This document shows, one piece after another, positions 8,437 through 15,209 of a DNA stretch of 32,000 nucleotides. The translations under genes were made by a program, and so were the position numbers. Source of the stretch: Candidatus Nanohalobium constans (GTDB taxonomy: Archaea; Nanohalarchaeota; Nanosalinia; Nanosalinales; Nanosalinaceae). Within the stretch, counting starts at the first letter, position 1. The number at the start of each line of letters is the position of its first letter. The notes beneath the pieces were generated by a model. The model made no database searches. It worked only from the letters and a program-made list of their open reading frames with translations, and was not told the DNA's origin. The DNA lies in NCBI RefSeq assembly GCF_009617975.1, contig NZ_CP040089.1:630001-662000 (forward strand). The letters run 5' to 3'.

Positions 8437-8819
8437 AATCCGGGATCTTTCCTGTTCAGTACTTCTAGGTAGCTTTCATTTCGGATATGAATGACTTCAG
8501 CATTTACCTCCAGCAACCTTTCCTTCAATTCCCTGTCGTTGGTGGCGATTACATAGTCTCTGCTGATTTGTACTAGTAGGTCGTCTACTTCGCCTTGTCC
8601 TTCTGTTTCGAGTACTTCTATGTCTTTTTTCTCTATCAGTTTTTCGACTAGGTTGCCGTATTTTCCTTGTTCTATGCTTTGTGCTTCTTGGAGCGCATCA
8701 TCAATAGTATAAATCTCAGAATTTGGGAAGATTCTTTCTATTTCTTGGAATATGTCGATTGAGTCGAGTTGGAATGGTGCTGTGAGGAAGTTGGTGTCGA
8801 GTATGATTTCGCGGCTCAT
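8433..8819 (-). CDS. PIN-domain protein (Fcf1/Utp24-like archaeal PIN usually linked to aIF2-gamma)
   Basis: Acidic PIN signature residues are present: EIILDTNFL, ..ETEGQGEVDD.. and VIATNDRELKERL. Its stop overlaps the stop of the convergent 7414..8436 gene inside the palindrome CTAG. Confidence 0.8.
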   Translation of the reverse strand: MSREIILDTNFLTAPFQLDSIDIFQEIERIFPNSEIYTIDDALQEAQSIEQGKYGNLVEKLIEKKDIEVLETEGQGEVDDLLVQISRDYVIATNDRELKERLLEVNAEVIHIRNESYLEVLNRKDPGF

Positions 8820-8842
8820 AATTTTTGACTTGAGTTTAATCG

Positions 8843-10036
8843 TTAAATTGAGGGGTTGAAGAGTTTGTCAGCAGTTATTTCTGGTTCCTTTATCATGCCG
8901 CCTATTTCTTTCTCGAGTTTGTCAGCCCATTCTTGGTTTACTTTGCCGATGAGCATCTTGTCTTTGTCTTCTATGTTTTTCCAGTCGTTTCTTCCTGCTT
9001 TGTATATGTGGTGCCTTAGTGCTTCCCGGTTTCTGGCTACGAGGTAGAAGCTTCTGTCTACTGAACCGCCTAGTTCTATTAGTTCTTCGACTATTTCTTG
9101 GAAGTCTTCTCGATAGTTTTCGGATTGGCTGATTTTGTATGCTGCGACTAGTCTGAGATGGTAGTCGAAAGCTTTGTTTTTGTATGCTGTTCCTGTTGCT
9201 TCTTCTCTGTATAGTGCTCCGCCTTCTTCGGCTCTGTCGTAGAACGGTGTGTGGAGCCCTAGGATTTTTGGAAAGCCGCTTTTCTGTCCTGCTTTGAATC
9301 CGTTGTATGCTCTTGCTGCGTGAAACAGTTCATGTTTGGTCAGCATCCTGGCTTCTTCCTCGGAATACATCCTTTGACTATCTTCGCCTTTTGACACTAC
9401 AACTGTTTCTTTTTCAGGGATGTTGAAACAGCCTGAAACTTCTCTAAGCTCTACTTGGTAGTCCATTCCCAGTCTTTCTACTTCTGCTTCGAACATGTCT
9501 CTGAGTTCTTCAGGAGAAATATTTTCCTCCAGTTCTTCTTTTTCCAGTTCCTGAAGTTTCTGTAGCGAGTCTTGAACAGTTTCTTCACCGACCATTGACC
9601 AGATCTCTTCCGAATATCTTCTCCAAGAGCCTTCATCTTCTATATTGGCAGCTAATTTGGTGTAGAGTTTGAGTTCCTGGAATATTTCCTGGAAGAAGTT
9701 CTGCATTTCCTGTGAAGTAAGCTTCTTTGCACCATATTTCTCCAGATTATCTTCTTCAATTAGTTTTACAGCTTCTATGCATTGTTCAATAAGTTCAAGA
9801 AGTTTTTCTTCATCGTAGGATGTTTTGCTGTATTCAAAGTTTGGTTTGAAGTTTTCTTCTTTTTCTCTGGCTTTTTTGAATCGTTTTCTTTCCTGTTTTT
9901 TGTTTTGTATGTTGATGTTGGAGATCCATGAAGCCTGTTCCAGCAGTTTTTCTGCGGCTGTTGAGAGTTCCTGTATGATCTTATCTTGATCAAATTTTAG
10001 GACTTCTTGCTTTTGGTCGATTTCCTCAGGCTGCAT
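8843..10036 (-). CDS. DUF1704 / MATCAP-like (QEGLA-motif family) putative zinc metallocarboxypeptidase
   Basis: HELFH (HExxH, residues 235-239) is followed by AARAYNG, then ILGLHTPFYDRAEEGGALYREE. EEGGA matches the QEGLA third-ligand motif that names the family. The N-terminal region NIQNKKQERKRFKKAREKEENFKPNFEY resembles the family's conserved N-terminal segment. This is recollection of the family profile, not a search. Confidence 0.6.
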   Translation of the reverse strand: MQPEEIDQKQEVLKFDQDKIIQELSTAAEKLLEQASWISNINIQNKKQERKRFKKAREKEENFKPNFEYSKTSYDEEKLLELIEQCIEAVKLIEEDNLEKYGAKKLTSQEMQNFFQEIFQELKLYTKLAANIEDEGSWRRYSEEIWSMVGEETVQDSLQKLQELEKEELEENISPEELRDMFEAEVERLGMDYQVELREVSGCFNIPEKETVVVSKGEDSQRMYSEEEARMLTKHELFHAARAYNGFKAGQKSGFPKILGLHTPFYDRAEEGGALYREEATGTAYKNKAFDYHLRLVAAYKISQSENYREDFQEIVEELIELGGSVDRSFYLVARNREALRHHIYKAGRNDWKNIEDKDKMLIGKVNQEWADKLEKEIGGMIKEPEITADKLFNPSI

Positions 10037-10057
10037 AAGTTAACCAGTCTTTTCAGA

Positions 10058-10067
10058 AGAATTAAAG
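10058..10067. promoter_or_regulatory. TATA-like AT-rich box centred in the 57-nt divergent spacer
   Basis: GAATTAAAGA lies roughly 25-33 nt from both start codons (10036 on minus, 10094 on plus). This fits a shared bidirectional archaeal promoter with very short or no leaders. The call rests on the sequence pattern only. Confidence 0.3.
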
Positions 10068-10093
10068 AGTATTGAAGTAAGAGTTATGATTTC

Positions 10094-11044
10094 ATGAGCG
10101 AGCAAAATATTGCTTTCCTGTGGGATGCAGAAGTTGAATGGAATAGAGAAAAACCATTTGAAGGAGAAAGAAGCAAGGACTTCGAAAAATACACTGAGAT
10201 AGCCCATGATGAAGGCTTGAAAGTCTACTTCGCTAAATACAAGTGGTATAGCAACGGAAAACTGGATAAAGCCTGGTGCTGGAACGGGGAGAACTGGGAG
10301 AAGGTTCGAGATGTGGGTCTCGATGGGGTTTATGATAAATACAAATTTGACAACGAAACTAAAGATTTGAAGCAGGAGATTTTTGAAGAGCTACCTGTTG
10401 CCAATAACCCTGAGTTAGAGGAGATCTGTAAAGATAAGTTGAAGACTTATGAGCTTTTCTCGGATTATGTTCCTGAGACTCGGACCGCAACTAGGGAGAA
10501 TTCTGAGGAAATGCTTGAAGACGGGAAAATCGTGTTTAAGCCTCGTTACGGTTTTGCCGGGAAAGGAGTAGAAGTTTTAGAGGATACCAGCGAGTTTAAT
10601 GAACCAGAGGATCCGAAGTTGCATATTATTCAGCGTTTTGTTCCTACTGATGGCGCGCCGATGTTCGGTGTGGAGGGTCCTCATGATTTGAGGACGATTG
10701 TTATTGATGGTGAGATTCAGAACGGTAACTATATCCGAGTTCCTGAGGATGGCTTAATCAGCAATATTTCTCGTGGTGGAAATCAGAAGTATGTGGACAG
10801 AGATGAACTGCCTGAAAGCGTAGTAGAGATAATTGAAGAGATTAAGGAGGAGTTTGAAGAGTTCCAGCCCGGTATTTTCTCGGTTGACTTCATGTTTGAC
10901 GATGAGGAGACTCCTGTTATTGTGGAGTTGAATTCTAAACCAGGGACTTACTACCATCACCCTGTTAAGAAGAAGGAGAAGGAGTTGCCGAAAATCCGCA
11001 ATATTTTGAAGATGCTTCGAAAGAGGATTGAACAAGATGAATAA
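10094..11044 (+). CDS. ATP-grasp amidoligase (YheC/YheD- or TTL-like layout), paralogue 1
   Basis: The full ATP-grasp motif set is present: IVFKPRYGFAGKGVEVL, LHIIQRFV, HDLRTIVIDGEI, IRVPEDGLISNISRGGNQ and FSVDFMFDDEETPVIVELNSKPG. Confidence 0.75.
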   Translation: MSEQNIAFLWDAEVEWNREKPFEGERSKDFEKYTEIAHDEGLKVYFAKYKWYSNGKLDKAWCWNGENWEKVRDVGLDGVYDKYKFDNETKDLKQEIFEELPVANNPELEEICKDKLKTYELFSDYVPETRTATRENSEEMLEDGKIVFKPRYGFAGKGVEVLEDTSEFNEPEDPKLHIIQRFVPTDGAPMFGVEGPHDLRTIVIDGEIQNGNYIRVPEDGLISNISRGGNQKYVDRDELPESVVEIIEEIKEEFEEFQPGIFSVDFMFDDEETPVIVELNSKPGTYYHHPVKKKEKELPKIRNILKMLRKRIEQDE

Positions 11045-11990
11045 GACCGTCGCATTCCTGTGGTGGGAAGGAGAAGTACAATGGGAAAACGCAGACCAAC
11101 CCTTCTCCAAAGACTGGAAAAGCCAGGACTACGCAGAGTACATGGAGATGCTGGCAGAGAAAGATATCAGAGTAGTCTGCGGAGACTACACATGGTACAG
11201 AGATGAGAGCATGCAAAAGGCCTGGCATTGGAACGGCGAAGAATGGAGAAAAGTAGAAAAAGTTGAGTTAGACGGCGTTTATGATCTCTTCCGACATGAT
11301 AAAGGGAAGTACGAGTTGAAGAAAGAGATGAAAGAGGATGTCGGTATTTTGAATGATCCTGAGGTTGCTGAGCTGTGTCAAGACAAGTTGAAGACATTCG
11401 AAAGGTTTGAGGAGTACATACCTGAAACCAGGAAGGCTAGTGAGAAAAATGTAGAGGAGATGATCGAAAAGTATGGTAAGGTTATCGTTAAGCCTCGTTA
11501 CGGGTCTTCTGGAGAGGGTATTAGTGTTGTGGAGGATGTTTCTGAGTTTGAGGTGCCTGAGGACTGGGATGAAATGATAGTTCAGAAAATTATGGAGAAT
11601 TTAGGTACAGACGAGCTGGGTGTGGAGGGTCCTCATGACTTGCGTGTGATAGTTGTGAACGATGAGGTTATTGGCAGTTACCTTAGAATCCCTGAAGAGG
11701 GAGAGTTGCTCAGTAATGTGGCTCAGGGCGGATCGAAAAAGTATGTTGATTTGGATGATGTTCCTAAGGAAGCTTTGAGTATAGTTGAGGAAGTAGCCAG
11801 TGAATTAGACGATTATAGACCGGTAATCTATACTGTGGATGTCATGTTTTCTGACGGAGAACCTATGATCGTGGAGCTCAACTCTCAGCCTGGTATTTAT
11901 TATCACGGTCCTGGCAGGAAAGAGAGTCGAGAGAAGCCTTGGATGAAAAAAGTAGTTGAAGCCATAGGAGAATTAGCTGAGAGTAGTTAA
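11037..11990 (+). CDS. ATP-grasp amidoligase, paralogue 2 (tandem duplicate of 10094..11044)
   Basis: It is collinear with paralogue 1 over its full length (VIVKPRYGSSGEGISVV, HDLRVIVVNDEV, LRIPEEGELLSNVAQGGSKKY, YTVDVMFSDGEPMIVELNSQPG). The ORF-track start at 11028 is TTG. The ATG at 11037 overlaps the upstream stop (ATGAATAA) and is preceded by AGAGGA. Confidence 0.75.
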   Translation: MNKTVAFLWWEGEVQWENADQPFSKDWKSQDYAEYMEMLAEKDIRVVCGDYTWYRDESMQKAWHWNGEEWRKVEKVELDGVYDLFRHDKGKYELKKEMKEDVGILNDPEVAELCQDKLKTFERFEEYIPETRKASEKNVEEMIEKYGKVIVKPRYGSSGEGISVVEDVSEFEVPEDWDEMIVQKIMENLGTDELGVEGPHDLRVIVVNDEVIGSYLRIPEEGELLSNVAQGGSKKYVDLDDVPKEALSIVEEVASELDDYRPVIYTVDVMFSDGEPMIVELNSQPGIYYHGPGRKESREKPWMKKVVEAIGELAESS

Positions 11991-12865
11991 TGTGCTTGTT
12001 TTTCCATTGCTCTTTCGTGCATTCTTTCTACCATTCTGAGGATTACATCCTCTCCTATAAGCTGGTTCATTTCTTCGCTTATTCCGAATGAGCCGTTTAC
12101 CTCAAGTACATATGGTTCTTCTTCTCCGATTATATCTGCTCCGCAGATGTCGAATCCCATGGATGCTGAGGCTGCGAAAGCTACTTGCTTCATTTCATCT
12201 GTTATGTTGGCTTTGACTCTGTCGCCTCCTCCGGATATGTTTGAACGCCATTCGTCCCCACTGCTGCTTCTGGAGTATCCTGTTATGTAGTCGCCGATCT
12301 TGGTGACTCTGGTATCTTTTCCTCCGTGTTCTTTGAATTCCTGGAGGCATATCTCCTGTTCAAAGGACTTCATTGTATCCATTACAGGTTTTAACTCGTT
12401 TTCTGATGTTGCTCTCATCACTCCTTCTCCTCCTGCACCTCTGACTGTTTTCATGATTACAGGATAGCCTAGTTCTCTGGCAGATTCTACTGCTACTTCT
12501 GGGGAAAGCGTGTATATACTGTCAGGAACATTTACTCCGTTTTCAGCTAGTATCTTCATACTGTAGAACTTGTTTGATTCGTATGCGTATGTGTCGTTCT
12601 CTGCCTGGGTGACGACTCCTGATTCGTTTAGTACCTCTACTAGGTGTTCTGAGAACATCATGTCGTTGTCGGCTGTTCTTATGTATACTGCGTCGAACTC
12701 TGTGAGATCTGTGTCTTTGTAAAGTACTTTTTCCTCTTCTTCTCCATGCACGAATTTTATTCCTTCTATGGGTGCTGCGAGGACAGAGTCGAATATTTCT
12801 TCTGCTCTCTCCATCAGTAACTGGTGTTTTGTGGAGATTTCTCCATAGATAATTCCTAATTTCAT
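11987..12865 (-). CDS. RimK-family alpha-L-glutamate ligase-like ATP-grasp enzyme (catalytic motifs intact)
   Basis: Motifs PVIMKTVRGAGGEGVMRA, ICLQEFKEH, EWRSNISGGGD and PYVLEVNGSFG align with E. coli RimK (VVKLVEGTQGIGV, DFRSNLHRGG, VMEVNASPG). Its ATG overlaps the upstream TGA (ATGA) and is preceded by AAGGTGA. Confidence 0.85.
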   Translation of the reverse strand: MKLGIIYGEISTKHQLLMERAEEIFDSVLAAPIEGIKFVHGEEEEKVLYKDTDLTEFDAVYIRTADNDMMFSEHLVEVLNESGVVTQAENDTYAYESNKFYSMKILAENGVNVPDSIYTLSPEVAVESARELGYPVIMKTVRGAGGEGVMRATSENELKPVMDTMKSFEQEICLQEFKEHGGKDTRVTKIGDYITGYSRSSSGDEWRSNISGGGDRVKANITDEMKQVAFAASASMGFDICGADIIGEEEPYVLEVNGSFGISEEMNQLIGEDVILRMVERMHERAMEKQAH

Positions 12866-13674
12866 TTTTGTTCACCTTTGAGAACCTGGGAGACATTCTG
12901 ATGTACATCCTGCCCTGCCTTTCTCTCATACATCTGGAGATCCGGTTGAGGGTTCATGTCGACCACTTCTTGTCCTCTAAGCTTTACCTCTATGATATCA
13001 GCACCTAAGGCATTTGCTGCACCTTGAACTATCTCTTTCTTGTCGTTCGAAATGTTAGAGTATTTCAGTTTATCTTTTGAGAACTTCCAGTCTTCTGTAT
13101 TATCTTTAAGCGATATTACCTTATCTCCTAGAACCAGACAGTAGTATTTGTCGCCTGAACTGTATTCTTGGAAGAGGATAAATTCTTCTCCATATTCTAC
13201 TCCCTCTGTAAATCCTTGTATGGATTCTACTGTGTCAAGTTTCTTTGATTCTACTTCTTCTAGTTCTTCGAATCTTCTTGCTGTTACTGGGCCTTTGATG
13301 TGTCTTTCTATTCCTCTTGCAGCTTTTTCTGAGGCTATCGAAACTGTCTTCGGGCATTCAATGTTTTTCTGTGTTAGTACATGGTATAGGTAGTTTTTCT
13401 TTGCTGCTGTGAAGAATGATGTTGAGGATATGTTGACTGGTATTCCTTTTTCTTCTATCATTTCTAGAAGTACTCTGCCGAATACAGCGTTTTTACTTGG
13501 TATCTCGGCGTAGACTGCGTCGTATTTGTCTACTGTTTCTCCGTCTACTTTGACATCCGGCACTTGATCTATTACTTGAGGGGCTAACTGGTCAAGTGAC
13601 TTTGTCTGGACTTGTTCGAAGAAGTTTTCGAAATCTTCTTCTGTTTCCGAGTCACTGATTCTTAGAAGATCCAC
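12862..13674 (-). CDS. RimK-like ATP-grasp paralogue with degenerate catalytic motifs (probable pseudoenzyme)
   Basis: It is collinear with RimK, but the Lys/Gly-rich ATP loop is replaced by PVTARRFEELEEVES. The RxN..GG motif is replaced by DWKFSKDKLKY. ExN becomes VVDMNPQPD. The start is GTG at 13674, preceded by GGAGG, and lies inside the end of the upstream gene. Confidence 0.6.
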   Translation of the reverse strand: MDLLRISDSETEEDFENFFEQVQTKSLDQLAPQVIDQVPDVKVDGETVDKYDAVYAEIPSKNAVFGRVLLEMIEEKGIPVNISSTSFFTAAKKNYLYHVLTQKNIECPKTVSIASEKAARGIERHIKGPVTARRFEELEEVESKKLDTVESIQGFTEGVEYGEEFILFQEYSSGDKYYCLVLGDKVISLKDNTEDWKFSKDKLKYSNISNDKKEIVQGAANALGADIIEVKLRGQEVVDMNPQPDLQMYERKAGQDVHQNVSQVLKGEQK

Positions 13675-15163
13675 TTGTATCCTCCCTGTTTACGCCCCAT
13701 TCTCTTGAAAATTCGTCTTTCTCTCTGCTCCACTTCTCAATGTAACCCCTAACTGATACCGGCATCACATCTGTCAGCACTCTGCCTTGCCTCATGATTT
13801 TTCTAAGCCTGTTTTCCAGTGTCTTAGACAGATCTTCGTACTCTTCTTTTTCACTGTAGATAAGATCGTTCTTCAGTCTCCAGTGCGCATTGGTGCCTTC
13901 TCGTGCTAACACGATGTAGCCATCCTCACCGCTCATTAATTCTTTCATCCTGTTGCCTGCGACATAGTAGACTCCGTTCTCAGATCCTCTCCGAGTATCA
14001 ATGTTCAATACCTCTCCCGATTCAACAGCTACAGACAAAGTATAGTCATCTTCAGCATCCATGAACAGCCCTGATTTATCCAGTTTTGAGATAATTAAGG
14101 CTCCATCATTGAACCAGGATTTGAACTCAGTTCCTAGATCTGAAACTTTATCAGCTTCTATAAAGGCGGTCTTAATCTCTCCTTCAGACGCATCCTCAAC
14201 CAGTTTCTGAACATCCTCGGGTTCTTCACCTTCTAGCTTATCTATTATATCATCCCTGCTGTAGTAGTTTTCAAATATTTCAAGAGCTAGTTGGGCAGTG
14301 GCTGCTGTGTTTTCATCTTCAGAAGACTTAAAGTAAGAGTTTATCTCTTGAAGAGTCTCCAAGTCATTCTTGGACTTCTTAAACTTGATCCCAGAATCCA
14401 AGACCTTTCTGTTAGGCGTAAGAGACGTATAACCATCTTTGGTTTCAAGAGTCGTGCCAAACAAAGATACTTCCCTTATCTCACCAGTCTCATCATCAAG
14501 CTTTACTTCTTCACCCGGTCTGATAACCCGAGAATTCTTAAGATACAAACCTGCGCCGAGATTCTGGAACAAGTCTTTCAAGGAGTAGAAAACCAGTCCT
14601 GCCGCCAACAAAGCAAATGCCCATACAAACGCGTTAAGCAACTGATTTACCAATGCTATATTCAACTGCAGCTGGTAAAGCAGTATCTGCACCAGCACAA
14701 GATACAGAAAACCCTTGATCCCTGTAGAAAGAACATTAAATGATGCTGAAGAAATACCTGCCTCTCTGACATACTTCTTTAACCCCAATGTTTGGAAAAA
14801 GTCCTTGAAAACATTCTCAGCTATGTTTATCGTTATCACGCCAAGGAAACCTATTAAAATAGCTGACAATACATTCGGAGCATTCTGAACAAGAGTTTGT
14901 TGCAGTTGGGAGCTTATGCCCACATTCAGGTATGCCAATGCAACTACAACTACTATAGCATCTAGAGTATTAGAAACAAGTTTAATTCTATCCTCATGCT
15001 GACGCAGCTCTTTTACAGTAGCTTTTTCTGTAGTATACTTTCTAACTGCTTTCAAACCCAGTTTAATGCTGAGATGTCCTAATGCTAAGATTAGGAGTGC
15101 GCCCAGTATACGCAACATAGGTCCTGAAGCAAAGTTGGACAGAGTTTCGGATAGAATTGCCAT
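13652..15163 (-). CDS. MscS-family mechanosensitive channel homologue fused to an unassigned C-terminal domain of about 230 aa
   Basis: Several TM helices are followed by the pore-helix/beta-domain signature AAGLVFYSLKDLFQNLGAGLYLKNSRVIRPGEEVKLDDETGEIREVSLFGTTLETKDGYTSLTPNRKV. Residues about 270-504 are soluble, Cys-free and unrecognised. The ORF-track start at 15166 is TTG. An ATG follows at 15163. Confidence 0.7.
   Translation of the reverse strand: MAILSETLSNFASGPMLRILGALLILALGHLSIKLGLKAVRKYTTEKATVKELRQHEDRIKLVSNTLDAIVVVVALAYLNVGISSQLQQTLVQNAPNVLSAILIGFLGVITINIAENVFKDFFQTLGLKKYVREAGISSASFNVLSTGIKGFLYLVLVQILLYQLQLNIALVNQLLNAFVWAFALLAAGLVFYSLKDLFQNLGAGLYLKNSRVIRPGEEVKLDDETGEIREVSLFGTTLETKDGYTSLTPNRKVLDSGIKFKKSKNDLETLQEINSYFKSSEDENTAATAQLALEIFENYYSRDDIIDKLEGEEPEDVQKLVEDASEGEIKTAFIEADKVSDLGTEFKSWFNDGALIISKLDKSGLFMDAEDDYTLSVAVESGEVLNIDTRRGSENGVYYVAGNRMKELMSGEDGYIVLAREGTNAHWRLKNDLIYSEKEEYEDLSKTLENRLRKIMRQGRVLTDVMPVSVRGYIEKWSREKDEFSREWGVNREDTSGSSKNQ
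13681..13685 (-). promoter_or_regulatory. Shine-Dalgarno GGAGG for the GTG-started degenerate ATP-grasp gene
   Basis: The minus strand reads GGGAGGATACAAGTG. GGAGG sits 6 nt before the GTG at 13674, inside the 3' end of the MscS-like gene, which suggests translational coupling. Confidence 0.4.
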
Positions 15164-15209
15164 CAATATTAACCAGTAACTGATTCCTTGTTTAAAAACT
15201 CTGCGTTTT

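Noticed and set aside
10754-11397. Minus-strand ORFs 10754..11110, 10965..11228 and 11167..11397
   Set aside because: They are antisense to the two ATP-grasp paralogues, whose motifs are unambiguous.
12543-12929. A 128-aa Arg-rich minus-strand ORF overlapping the RimK-like and degenerate ATP-grasp genes in another frame
   Set aside because: This is an alternative frame of two well-supported CDSs. The extreme Arg/His content is typical of off-frame translation of acidic genes.
8843-13674. A graspetide/microviridin-type RiPP cluster as the explanation for the ATP-grasp genes
   Set aside because: I see no candidate precursor-peptide ORF. The spacers are 57 nt or less and the genes overlap. No ABC exporter or acetyltransferase is present either. 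This cannot be fully excluded, because a precursor could be encoded elsewhere.
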